Shown here one piece after another: positions 43,319-53,149 of a DNA stretch of 64,000 nucleotides. Position 1 is the first letter of the stretch. Each line of letters opens with the position of its first letter. Under the pieces are notes generated by a model. That model ran no database searches. It had not been told where the DNA came from and saw nothing but the letters and a program-made list of their open reading frames with translations. This DNA is from Waterburya sp. (GTDB lineage Bacteria; Cyanobacteriota; Cyanobacteriia; Cyanobacteriales; Xenococcaceae): contig CBDCJV010000002.1 in NCBI GenBank assembly GCA_965217895.1, forward strand, positions 1,664,001-1,728,000, written 5' to 3'. The translations under genes were made by a program, and so were the position numbers.

Positions 43319-44890
43319 ATGAATTCTGAAAACCCTTATATTCCCGAATCAGACAATACCAATTCTAAATCTATCGAGCTAGACACTGAACTACAACCAG
43401 ACCAAAAAGAATCAATTTCCCAAAGCTATACTGATGCTTGGTCTGAACAAGACGATGTGATTGATGTGACTATAGATTCAGAACTTTCAGCCGATGATTC
43501 TCTCCCAGTGGATAATTCTCAGGGTAAAGTTGAACCTTTGGATGTTTTAGAGCAGTCAGAATTAAATCAGGACGAAATATCAACTAAACCCAGCAGTGTC
43601 AATAGTGAACAGTCAACTACTAGCTTAGAATTAGCCGAGTCAGAGATTAGTTTGCCGTACAATGACGAAGTAATCTCCGAGCGGTGGTCAAGTAATGCTG
43701 ATAGTGAGCCAGAATCTACTGCTGCAAAAAGCTCTAAAGCTGAACCAGAATTATTTGTAGATAGCTGGTTAGATGAACCTGAGTCAAACATATCAGCCAA
43801 CGGCAATCCCGTTAAAGAAAATCAGACTTCAGATGATCGAGAGATAATCAGCTTAAAAGAGCAAAAAGCTAATCTGCAAAGTGAAATCAAAGCATTACAG
43901 CAACAAAAAGAAAAATTACTGTTACAGCAGGTAAAAGATATCCAACAAAGCATCGGACAGATGATTGAAGAGGGAACAAAAGAACTACATGAGCGCAAAA
44001 CGACTCTGCAAATTGAAATTGAAAAACTAGAACGGCGTAAAGAAAGAATCAATCAGGAGATGAGACGTAATTTTGCAGGTTCATCCCAAGAGTTAGCCCT
44101 TAGAGTTCAAGGGTTTAAAAACTATTTGGTCGGTAGTCTGCAAGATTTAGCCACAGCAGCAGAAAAACTAGAGTTAGAACCCAAAGAGGTTTCTTCCTCT
44201 AGAAGCCGTGGAAGAATTAGCGACAGAGAAAGAGATAATGCTCGCAGAGATGAGCCACAAAGAGATAGAGGTAGGCGAGGCGAGAGGGAACTTCGCCGAA
44301 CCAGAAACACCTCAGACCAAGCAGCCTCTGCACAAGCTCAGTTTTCTGAACCCACTTTTAGCGATCAAAGTAGGCGCATTCGTCAACTATTGGATAAATA
44401 TCGTAACAGTCCCGATTATTATGGCTCTCCTTGGCAATTACGCCGTACATTTGAAGCCACTCACGCCAAAAGAGTCCAAGATTGGTTTTTCTCTCAAGGT
44501 GGTAGAGGTACAGTTGACAGTATGGGAAGCCGTCTGCAAAATATTCTGGTAGCCTCAGCAGTAGTTTCAGTTCTCCATAGTCTGTATGGGGATAGCTGTA
44601 GAGTTCTGGTGTTGACAGATACGCCCGAAAACTTAGGTGAATGGCGTAAAGGATTACAAGACTGTTTAGGTATTTCGCGAAGTAGCTTTGGTGCTAATCG
44701 AGGCGTAGTGTTGTTTGATTCTCCCGAAGTTTTGGTTCAAAGAGCCGAGCGTTTGATTCAAGACAAGTTATTACCGATGATTATCATTGATGAGACTGAA
44801 GAAATATTGAACTTATCTGTTCTCAAGTTCCCTCTTTGGCTAGCGTTTGCTTCTGGGGCTAAGTCAACATCTTCTAATTATTTGTATTAA
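43319..44890 (+). CDS. DUF3086 protein with long acidic N-terminus
   Basis: AGSSQELALRVQGFK, PDYYGSPWQLRRTFE. Confidence 0.8.
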   Translation: MNSENPYIPESDNTNSKSIELDTELQPDQKESISQSYTDAWSEQDDVIDVTIDSELSADDSLPVDNSQGKVEPLDVLEQSELNQDEISTKPSSVNSEQSTTSLELAESEISLPYNDEVISERWSSNADSEPESTAAKSSKAEPELFVDSWLDEPESNISANGNPVKENQTSDDREIISLKEQKANLQSEIKALQQQKEKLLLQQVKDIQQSIGQMIEEGTKELHERKTTLQIEIEKLERRKERINQEMRRNFAGSSQELALRVQGFKNYLVGSLQDLATAAEKLELEPKEVSSSRSRGRISDRERDNARRDEPQRDRGRRGERELRRTRNTSDQAASAQAQFSEPTFSDQSRRIRQLLDKYRNSPDYYGSPWQLRRTFEATHAKRVQDWFFSQGGRGTVDSMGSRLQNILVASAVVSVLHSLYGDSCRVLVLTDTPENLGEWRKGLQDCLGISRSSFGANRGVVLFDSPEVLVQRAERLIQDKLLPMIIIDETEEILNLSVLKFPLWLAFASGAKSTSSNYLY

Positions 44891-44894
44891 ATAA

Positions 44895-45002
44895 CTAATG
44901 TTACGCAAATCAATGAGAAATCAATAGTTTGAACAAGGTATGAAAAAAGATCCATAAACCCCTTTTCCCAATCTTAACAAATACATTAGTGCGTAACATC
45001 AG
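44895..45002. mobile_element. 108-bp MITE with 8-bp target duplication
   Basis: Inverted repeat CTAATGTTACGCA/TGCGTAACATCAG; TTAAATAA at 44887-44894 and 45003-45010. Confidence 0.75.
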
Positions 45003-45013
45003 TTAAATAAAAA

Positions 45014-46669
45014 CTAAAAACTAAAGGTAGTCCTAATTGTGCCAACAACCAAATCGTCAGAGTTAAGAATATCGGTATCGGGTTTGGTAATCCAAACTAC
45101 CCCTGGAGTAATAGCAATATTGTCATTAACCTGATATTGATAAAAAGCTTCTAGATGTAGGGAGCGTTGACTATCTTCGCCAAAACTATCCGTGTTGATG
45201 GTTGAATTGGTTACTGTCGATTCTGAACCCACTATAATTCCTGCCAAGTTACCCTCCTTGCCTAAGTCTGGTAATGCCAAGGTTGCAGCCCAGTTCCAGA
45301 TATTTTGAGTGCCACGCTCAATTTGTTGATTGAGATTGCTAAGATTATTAACCTTACTAAATCCTCCCCAGCCACCAAAGACTAGGCGATCGCTAATTGA
45401 CCAAGATAGCTCTAGCCCATAGGAATTGCTGACCGTTTGTGCTTCCTCGCCCAGTAATTTTGCAGTTTGAGATTGCAAATTAGCTCGATTGGTTCCTGTT
45501 TCGGTGTCGCTTTGATCGTAACTATGAATATAGGTGGCAGCCAATTTTAGACTGTTTATTGGGGCGATCGCAATTTGTCCCAGCGCGCTATATGAACCGT
45601 TAAACAAGCCACTGCCTGGATTTGAGTCATCAGTGTTAGAAGCCAAATAACCCGCACTAATTTCAATTTGCTCAATCGGACGACCCACAATCCCTAACCC
45701 CGCATTTTTAGATCGATTGTAAATAGGATTGCGAGTACCGAATCTGGAAATTGCACCCGAACCTCCATCTCCATCTAAGACGTTTATTGTATTGGCAATA
45801 TCCTTTGCCTCTATTCCTGTTGCTCCTAAAATAAAGTCAACTTTATCACCTATGCCAAAAGTATATTGCAAGACTTCCAATTGAAAATCATCTTGTTCTG
45901 GCTCGGTAAAAGCCAATTCACCCTGAAAAGTGCCAATTTCCTCGGAAAAGCCAGGAAATTGCGCACTAGACAATCTAGTTAATAGTAGATCGTCTCCCCC
46001 AAAGCTAGTTTCTATATTTAATCGTAATCTACTACCTAAAATCGTACTGTTCTCGCGATCGCCAGATAAAAGGCTACCTAGCCCAAAAATCGCCTCTCCC
46101 TGAAGTTTACTGGTAGTAGAAAATTGCGTAGCTTCTAAATCTTGCAATCTTGCCTGAGAGCCGTCTGTTTTCCCTTTAAGAATGGCTAAATCTGACTGAA
46201 ACTCCTGCATTAACTGTAAAACAGTATCTACATCTGTTTGAGGAATGCTGTCAGAATTGCTAATTAAACTTTCGATTTTATTTAAACAACTATTTAATCC
46301 TGCTGCAAACTCAGAACGAGAAATAGGTTGTTCGCCTCGAAAAGTGCGATCGCTATATCCGCTAATGCAACCGTAACGTTCGGTCAAGTTTTTTAATGCT
46401 GCGTAAGCCCAATCTGTAGGCTTGATATCTCGTAATCGATCGACACTATTAATTTGAGTCAACAACAATGTCCTAGTGTTTTTTTCTGAGTAAAAATTGC
46501 TAAAATTTTCTGCTTGACGGTGCAAAATTTGTGGAATAGATTGTTTTTGCTGACTTAAATTAACGTCGAGCAACTCTGGTAATTCAGCAGCTTCAACACT
46601 CGAAGATAACGATAGATAAGTAGCACAAATAGGCACTATTAGCCTAGTTTTTAACCAAAATCTAGACAT
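45014..46669 (-). CDS. SLH-domain/OprB-type cyanobacterial porin
   Basis: DIKPTDWAY, SRSEFAAGLN, QFSTTSKL, terminal RTTFSF. Confidence 0.92.
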   Translation of the reverse strand: MSRFWLKTRLIVPICATYLSLSSSVEAAELPELLDVNLSQQKQSIPQILHRQAENFSNFYSEKNTRTLLLTQINSVDRLRDIKPTDWAYAALKNLTERYGCISGYSDRTFRGEQPISRSEFAAGLNSCLNKIESLISNSDSIPQTDVDTVLQLMQEFQSDLAILKGKTDGSQARLQDLEATQFSTTSKLQGEAIFGLGSLLSGDRENSTILGSRLRLNIETSFGGDDLLLTRLSSAQFPGFSEEIGTFQGELAFTEPEQDDFQLEVLQYTFGIGDKVDFILGATGIEAKDIANTINVLDGDGGSGAISRFGTRNPIYNRSKNAGLGIVGRPIEQIEISAGYLASNTDDSNPGSGLFNGSYSALGQIAIAPINSLKLAATYIHSYDQSDTETGTNRANLQSQTAKLLGEEAQTVSNSYGLELSWSISDRLVFGGWGGFSKVNNLSNLNQQIERGTQNIWNWAATLALPDLGKEGNLAGIIVGSESTVTNSTINTDSFGEDSQRSLHLEAFYQYQVNDNIAITPGVVWITKPDTDILNSDDLVVGTIRTTFSF

Positions 46670-46885
46670 TGCAAACGATCCTCACTTACACCAACATAAA
46701 TCAGAATTCTTTAGCTATTAATAATCAGCAACTACTAAAGAATTTTGATGATTATTTCATCTCAAACCATTTTGGCATTGCTATAAACTAATTGGGAGAA
46801 AAAAGTAGAATTATACATTTATTTTTGTGGACAAACATAGATTCTGCGATCGCAAATCTAAAAATATGCAGCTAATTGTTAATCT

Positions 46886-47617
46886 CTATTCTGTTTGCGG
46901 ATAACGTTGCCATAAATCTGTTTTTTGCCTGAGACTTTGATGATCGCCATTACCTAAGATTAAATGATCCAATAGCGGAATATCCAAACATTGCGAACCC
47001 TGGAGTAATTGTTCAGTCAAATAAATATCTTCACTCGAAGGCTCTAAGTTCCCAGATGGATGATTATGAGCAATAATCAGCTTAGTTGCACCTTGTCGTA
47101 TAGTCTCTCGAAAAACTTCACGAGGATGAATCAATGTCTCTGTAGCTGTGCCAATAGTTAAGATTTTCGTCGCCAGCAAACGATTTTTTACGTCCAGCAT
47201 CACTATGGCAAATCGTTCTTGATCTTGCCACATTAAGTCATTACTTAAAACCGCAGCAGCCGAAGCGGGACTATCGACGGCGACTCTTTCATTGGGTCGA
47301 AATTTAAAGGTGCGTTTGCCTAACTCCACAGCAGCAACAATAGTCGCAGCTTTAGCAGGGCCAATGCCAGGAATACGCATCAACTCGCGAGGATTCACGT
47401 CTCGCAACATATCCAAAGGCGATCGCTGGTATTTACCTAATTCTTGTAATATGTGTTGCCCTAAGCCAATTGCTGATAAATTACCTTTTGTTTGTCCAGT
47501 ACTAATCAAAATAGCCAAAAGTTCTGCTTCAGTTAGATTTTTCGCGCCTACAGCCATTAACCTTTCACGGGGACGCTCACTGATAGGCAAGTCAGCAATT
47601 CTGAGGCTATAGGTCAT
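46886..47617 (-). CDS. radC: RadC (JAB-domain) protein
   Basis: ERPRERL, GIGPAKA, HNHPSG, LLDHLI. Confidence 0.95.
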   Translation of the reverse strand: MTYSLRIADLPISERPRERLMAVGAKNLTEAELLAILISTGQTKGNLSAIGLGQHILQELGKYQRSPLDMLRDVNPRELMRIPGIGPAKAATIVAAVELGKRTFKFRPNERVAVDSPASAAAVLSNDLMWQDQERFAIVMLDVKNRLLATKILTIGTATETLIHPREVFRETIRQGATKLIIAHNHPSGNLEPSSEDIYLTEQLLQGSQCLDIPLLDHLILGNGDHQSLRQKTDLWQRYPQTE

Positions 47618-47693
47618 GACAAATTTTTAAATCAGATAATATTTTTGTAACATAAATATAGCTTACAAAATACTAGCCTTCAATTTTCCTCAT

Positions 47694-48230
47694 CTAATCT
47701 TTAATTAATTCCACCGCATCCCTGCCATCAATTTCATTGACATAAACCTTGACTTTTTCTTCTGAGGCGGTAGGCAGCATTTTGCCAACAAAGTCTGGAT
47801 GGATGGGTAATTCGCGATGTCCCCTGTCTACAAGTACCGCTAATCTAATTACTTGAGGTCTACCATATTCAGTGACGGCATTTAGCGCAGCACGAATAGT
47901 ACGACCTTTATAGATTACATCATCGATTAGCACCACAGTTTTACCCGTTAAGTCAAGAGGAATTTTGGTTTGGGCGGGAATACGAGTCCGAATCTTATCT
48001 AGATCATCACGATAGAAGGTAACATCGATCGCACCAACGGCAACGGAAGTGTTTTCTAAAATCTCAATCTGATTGGCTAACAAGTGAGCTAAAGGAACAC
48101 CTTTGGTATGAATACCCAACAAAACTACGTTAGATAAATCCCCTGATTCTTCAATAATTTGCGAAGCCAAACGATTTAAGGTACGGCGAATTTCTTCAGC
48201 AGATAAAATTGTAACGACTTTGGCTGACAT
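47694..48230 (-). CDS. pyrR: PyrR regulator/uracil phosphoribosyltransferase
   Basis: [26 protein letters not shown]. Confidence 0.95.
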   Translation of the reverse strand: MSAKVVTILSAEEIRRTLNRLASQIIEESGDLSNVVLLGIHTKGVPLAHLLANQIEILENTSVAVGAIDVTFYRDDLDKIRTRIPAQTKIPLDLTGKTVVLIDDVIYKGRTIRAALNAVTEYGRPQVIRLAVLVDRGHRELPIHPDFVGKMLPTASEEKVKVYVNEIDGRDAVELIKD

Positions 48231-48315
48231 TTATTAAGAGTGAACAGCGAACACTTGCTATGGTATTTATGGATTTATTATATAGCTCACCTGTTGGCTA
48301 ATTGTAGAACTCCCA

Positions 48316-49329
48316 ATGAATCAAACAAAACAAGTAGTCCTTAATTCGCCCTTAGATATGCACCTTCATTTTCGCGAGGGAGTAATGGCGCAAACAGTCA
48401 TTCCCCTTAGTTCATACTCGTTTGCAGGTGGGGTAGTAATGCCCAACCTTGTTCCTGCGGTGAATAATTTAGAGCGGTTGCAGGGATATATAAAGGAAAT
48501 TAAATCAATTATTGGCAAAGATGTATTTGAACCCTACATGACGCTGTTCTTTCAGGAATATAGCTATCAAGAGCTTGAGCAACTTAAGCCGTATATTCTT
48601 GGAGTCAAGCTTTATCCTGCGGGAGTTACCACCAATAGCGAAGATGGAGTATCTACCTTGAGTCAGGCAGAAACTACAATTAAGCATTTAGAAGAGTTGG
48701 AAATCCCGCTAATGGTACACGGGGAAACTCATGGCTTTGTGATGGACAGAGAAAAACTGTTTCTGCCTATCTTTGAACATCTGGCACAGAAATTTCCTAA
48801 GCTAAAAATTATCATGGAGCATATTACCACTGCCGATGCAGTTTTATTGCTAGATAATTATGAGCATCTTTATGCCACCGTAACCCTTCATCACTTGATC
48901 ATTACCTTAGATGACTTAGCAGGGGGATTACTTAGACCTCATTTATTCTGTAAACCCATCGCCAAACGTCCTGAAGACAGAGAAGCTTTAGTCAATGCAG
49001 CCATCAATGCCCATCCTAAACTAATGTTTGGTAGCGACTCCGCACCTCACCCGATTGATAAAAAAGAAGCTTGTGGCTGTGCTGCGGGGATTTTTACTGC
49101 GCCGATCGCACTACAGGCTTTGGTAGAATTATTTGAACAGCATAATGCGATCGCGAACTTACAAGCTTTTGTTTCTGATAATGCTCAACGTATCTATAAT
49201 ATTACGCCACCACAAAAATCTGTCACCTTAGAGCCTTTAGCCTATAAAGTTCCTAACCAGTATGGCAAGGTTGTACCCATGTTTGCTAATCAAGAGCTTC
49301 CTTGGTCTATTACCAAGGTGTCAATTTAA
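48316..49329 (+). CDS. pyrC: Dihydroorotase (class II)
   Basis: [33 protein letters not shown]. Confidence 0.95.
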   Translation: MNQTKQVVLNSPLDMHLHFREGVMAQTVIPLSSYSFAGGVVMPNLVPAVNNLERLQGYIKEIKSIIGKDVFEPYMTLFFQEYSYQELEQLKPYILGVKLYPAGVTTNSEDGVSTLSQAETTIKHLEELEIPLMVHGETHGFVMDREKLFLPIFEHLAQKFPKLKIIMEHITTADAVLLLDNYEHLYATVTLHHLIITLDDLAGGLLRPHLFCKPIAKRPEDREALVNAAINAHPKLMFGSDSAPHPIDKKEACGCAAGIFTAPIALQALVELFEQHNAIANLQAFVSDNAQRIYNITPPQKSVTLEPLAYKVPNQYGKVVPMFANQELPWSITKVSI

Positions 49330-49633
49330 GAGACTACGCTGTTTATCAACTAGTACTAAGCTTTTAGCCTTTAGCTATTAGCTCTTAGCTTTTTAATCGG
49401 TATGAACTGTAATTTCCCATTTTCTTAGGTTGGGGATAAAAGTAAAAGACGTATACTAAATTGAATTTCTAAAACTTTTTACATCTATTCAGCCTAAATT
49501 TGCAATATTTAAATGGGGCTAATGTATAAAAAGCATATCTGATTAATTATTATTGAGCTTTAGTAAGTTTTGCTACAAAATTTAGCCTAAACCAATGTCA
49601 TTCTGGGATAAAACAAGTTAAAGAAACCCAGAA

Positions 49634-49783
49634 ATGAGAAATTTAGCACCATATTTACTTCCCTCAATTTTAGGACTAGTCGCAGGCATTGGACACGGTA
49701 TTACTTCTCACAATCAAAATCTTCCTTTTTCTTTAGCAGACCAAGTTATTGAATCAGTCTCGCCACATCAATCTTTCAATTAA
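49634..49783 (+). CDS. Small 49-aa membrane/secreted protein (not in the ORF track)
   Basis: MRNLAPYLLPSILGLVAGIGHGITSH...SFN*. Confidence 0.45.
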   Translation: MRNLAPYLLPSILGLVAGIGHGITSHNQNLPFSLADQVIESVSPHQSFN

Positions 49784-49873
49784 GTAAATTTTTGTAAAAA
49801 GTAGCGGTTGTTACAATTATTTCTGTAATAATAAAAGATACAGAAATAATTTAGAACTGTGAGGCTTCGATCA

Positions 49874-50080
49874 ATGAATGTACAGACATCCCGCGAGAAT
49901 ACATCTGTTTTAGATAGAGTAATTGGATTCTCTCTAGCAGCTTTTTCTATGTTTGTAGTAGGATACACTGCTACTCGTGCTTATTTAGATCAACCTCAGA
50001 CTCAAAATGTAGCACCTGCAAACTCTGATCTTGTGATTCCTCATCAAGCTCAACTATGGAGTGAGTTTGGAAGTAGGTAA
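49874..50080 (+). CDS. Small single-TM hypothetical protein
   Basis: Hydrophobic VIGFSLAAFSMFVVGY. Confidence 0.5.
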   Translation: MNVQTSRENTSVLDRVIGFSLAAFSMFVVGYTATRAYLDQPQTQNVAPANSDLVIPHQAQLWSEFGSR

Positions 50081-50187
50081 TTTATCATTCTAGCTATTAA
50101 GAATACTATTAAAAGCTGAGAGCGATCGCATTTCTTCAACTGCGATCGTTTTTTAATAAGCTAAGATTTGTAATTTAGCTTAGAAAA

Positions 50188-50676
50188 ATGGGTAAAGAAA
50201 TCGAAAGAAAGCATCTAATCAAAAAAGATGAATGGCAGTCTTATAAGCAATATTCATCAGTTACAGGAACAAAATACTGTCAGGGTTACATCCCTACAGG
50301 TAACACGACGACAGTTAGACTGAGAACTATTGATAAGCAAGGCTATATAACAATCAAAGGTGAAACCACAGGCTATACTCGTTCAGAATTTGAATATCCT
50401 ATCCCGCTAAAGGATGCTGAAGAGATGCTAAGTACCTTATGTCTTAAACCCTTGATCGAAAAGATTAGGTATAAAGTCAATCAGAATAATTTAACTTGGG
50501 AAATAGATGAATTTTTAGGAGACAATGCGGGATTAATTATCGCCGAAGTAGAATTAGAAAGCGAAGACCAGCAAATAGATTTACCTCATTGGATCGATAA
50601 AGAAGTCAACGATAAAAAATATTTTAATTTCAGCTTGGCTAAATATCCCTATAGTCAATGGCAAGATAAATCATAA
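50188..50676 (+). CDS. CYTH-domain protein
   Basis: EIERK, RSEFEY, WEIDEF, AEVEL. Confidence 0.92.
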   Translation: MGKEIERKHLIKKDEWQSYKQYSSVTGTKYCQGYIPTGNTTTVRLRTIDKQGYITIKGETTGYTRSEFEYPIPLKDAEEMLSTLCLKPLIEKIRYKVNQNNLTWEIDEFLGDNAGLIIAEVELESEDQQIDLPHWIDKEVNDKKYFNFSLAKYPYSQWQDKS

Positions 50677-50728
50677 ATAACGTTTTGTTGTTCTAAACAT
50701 CTAAAATTTTAGAAAACCCAAGCTCAAT

Positions 50729-52305
50729 TAGGACTTACGCAGTCTAACGAGTTTCGCCCCCCCAGACCCCCTGCTGGGTAGGGCTGTTTCATTCTAGAGC
50801 TAAAGTGCGGTAAATTGATATAAAACCTAATTTAACCGCTCAATAACTTTAAAAAACTTTGATAAAAGCTTAATTGACTATTTGAAACAAATACCTGATG
50901 AGCGAAAAGCAGGTGAATGAATGAGCATCTCAGTATACTCACAATAGTCAAGGTCAATGGATTGCAATTGATGGCAAAAGTTTGAAAAATACTGTCAACG
51001 ACTGTTATGGACAACAGCAAAACTTCGTCATGATGGTTTCGGCTTTGACTCATGAAGGCGGGGAAATTTTAGGCATAAAAGTTAGGGAAAATAAGAAATA
51101 AAGTGAGATTGTCGCCGTGCAAGACTTATTAGAATTGCTGCATTTAAAAGGAGTGGTGTTCACGATGGATGCTCTACATTGTCAAAAAAAACAGTCTCAG
51201 CAATTATCGACAGTGGTAATAACTACCTAATTGTGGTTAAAAGAAATCAAAAAACATTACATCGGCAAATTGAGCGGAGGAAATGCGTGGGTTTCCCGCG
51301 CTTATTCCACTCCGCTGTTGAATTTCAAGCAACAAGTACAAAGGCGATTAGTTGCTTTGAGCAGATCGAGAAGACGAGAAATCGACTAACTCATCGAACT
51401 GTAGAAGTATTGGCTCCTCCATCAAACATTGATTCTCAATGAGTTGGAGTTCATAGTATCATCAAAATTTTCCGTTCGCGAACAAGAGGTAATCACGATT
51501 ACGAATCGGATTCGGCGACTTATTATATTAGTTCTTTACCCAACTCCTTCGGAGTTAAGTAGCAAGTAGCAGCCGCTCCACGCGGCTCGACTTTCCTTCG
51601 CAAAGGCGGCGAACGACCCGTTCGCGCAGATAGCAATTAAGAAAAACTCCGAAGTTGGATATGCAGCCTCTTCATTGATGAGGAAAAGGTGAAAAAATAA
51701 TTCAACTCTTGAATACATGCGGGCAAGCCCTTTGTCTGACACAGGAGCTATCGCTCCATGTCGTCGTCTTCGACGACTTTGCAAGCTTTGCTTGCTGTGG
51801 CAGAGGTTGAACTTGCAGACGCGCTTCGCGTCTGGCCGTTGCGGAGCAACGTCGGCAGCCTCCAGGCTGCGCTACTTGTTATCTGCTACTTGTGAACAGC
51901 AACTTCTTGGCTTATTCCCCAAGGTATTGGCCGACATTGGGGTATCGAGAATCGTTGGCATTGGGGAGGCACTCAATACGGCGACGCAGGTTCGCCGTAT
52001 TGAGTGCCGTTTAAGGATGTCGTAACGAAAGAAGATAACAGCCCTCAACTTCACGGCAAAGCATCCACAAACATCTCTTTGATTAAAAGTTGGGTTATTA
52101 ACCTACTGAGAGTTCATGGTTTCGATTCTATGACTGAGGCAATCAGTTATTTAAGCCATAATTTGCCATTATTACTTTCTTTGTGTCACTGATAGGTGTA
52201 GTGAATAGATTTATTCGCGATCGCATCTTCTATTTTGAGAATGAAACAGCCCTACCAAACTTGGGGGGCTAGGGGGGCAAAACTCGTTAAACTGCGTAAG
52301 TCCTA
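50729..52305. mobile_element. TAGGACTTACGCA-type MITE split by an ISAs1 insertion
   Basis: Complementary arms at 50729-50771 and 52263-52305. Confidence 0.75.
50779..52254 (+). mobile_element. ISAs1-family element with inactivated transposase
   Basis: Inverted repeats TAGGGCTGTTTCATTCT/AGAATGAAACAGCCCTA; AIDGK, MDALHCQKKT, YYISSL, HWGIENR motifs; stops and three insertions. Confidence 0.9.
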
Positions 52306-52319
52306 TTAAAATAGAAAAA

Positions 52320-52590
52320 GAATAATCATTCAAAAAATTATCGACGAACTAAACGAAATTCCTGAAGAAAAACTCACTCATACCAACTCTCTATGACAAT
52401 GCATTAAATAAAATCTACCCCCTTAGCGTCTTTGCGTCTTTGCGAGAGTTTTAAGCTCAAATACTTAAGTGCAACTTCAAGGAGAAATGGTATCAGATTT
52501 ACGAATTGATACATTTTTTTCGTCTTGGAGTAAACCAACAAAACGATCAACCTCGAACTCCTGGGTTACTCCAAGGCAGAGGGCAGAAGG
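52320..52590 (+). pseudogene. DUF2281-like antitoxin interrupted by a MITE
   Basis: IIQKIIDELNEIPEEKLT|QIYELIHFFRLG...RTPGLLQG once 52381-52492 is removed. Confidence 0.55.
52381..52492. mobile_element. 112-bp MITE
   Basis: Inverted repeat TACCAACTCTC/GAGAAATGGTA, TCA duplication, internal CTTTGCGT repeats. Confidence 0.7.
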
Positions 52591-52724
52591 TTTTGAATCT
52601 CGTTAAGACTCTCATCTAAAAAGTGTACTTTGAGAATCAAATTTATAGTCATTCCAATTAATTTCCTTATAGTAGTTTCGTATTGATTGTCAGGTTGAAT
52701 ATTATTTGTTACTTGCTATATACG

Positions 52725-52772
52725 AAGCGGTTATCCGAAGGTGTCCTAAAGGATGCCTTCGGATAACCGCTT
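52725..52772. repeat. 22-bp-stem hairpin
   Basis: AAGCGGTTATCCGAAGGTGTCC-TAAA-GGATGCCTTCGGATAACCGCTT. Confidence 0.8.
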
Positions 52773-52911
52773 TAGGGATCGGACACCCTACAGCGATCGC
52801 CTGTAGCCCAAGAATTCTCTCTAAAAGCGATCGCAAAAATAGCCGTAGGTATCTTCAATAAAATAGAATATAGTCAGACTAGGTCAAACTACTTTGTTCT
52901 CAAACCAAACA

Positions 52912-53148
52912 ATGAAAGTATATTCTGTTACCGATGCCAAGGCTAAGTTCTCTCAGGTAATAGAGAGTGTTTTACAAGGAGAAGAAATAATTGTTACTAA
53001 AATGGGCAAGGCAGTCGTCAGAATATCTGCTTATGAACCTTTTATAAGCAATCAACGGTTAGGTTTAATGAAAGGTCAAGCAACAATACCAGATGATTTT
53101 GGAGAATGGGATGAGTCAGAAGCTAAATCGTTGAGAATAATCGAATAG
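52912..53148 (+). CDS. Phd/YefM-family antitoxin
   Basis: SVTDAKAKFSQVIE...GEEIIVTK, RLGLMKG. Confidence 0.85.
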   Translation: MKVYSVTDAKAKFSQVIESVLQGEEIIVTKMGKAVVRISAYEPFISNQRLGLMKGQATIPDDFGEWDESEAKSLRIIE

Positions 53149-53149
53149 C

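Noticed and set aside
44195..44320. Arg-rich stretch in DUF3086 as a mini-element insertion
   Set aside because: Purine-rich low-complexity linker without hairpin or flanking duplication
49360..49395. TTTTAGC-type heptamer repeats (also near 57078)
   Set aside because: Ordinary cyanobacterial STRR-type repeats
51536..52054. ORFs 51536-51784, 51717-52025 and 51872-52054 as genes
   Set aside because: By-products of GC-rich hairpin inserts in a transposase pseudogene
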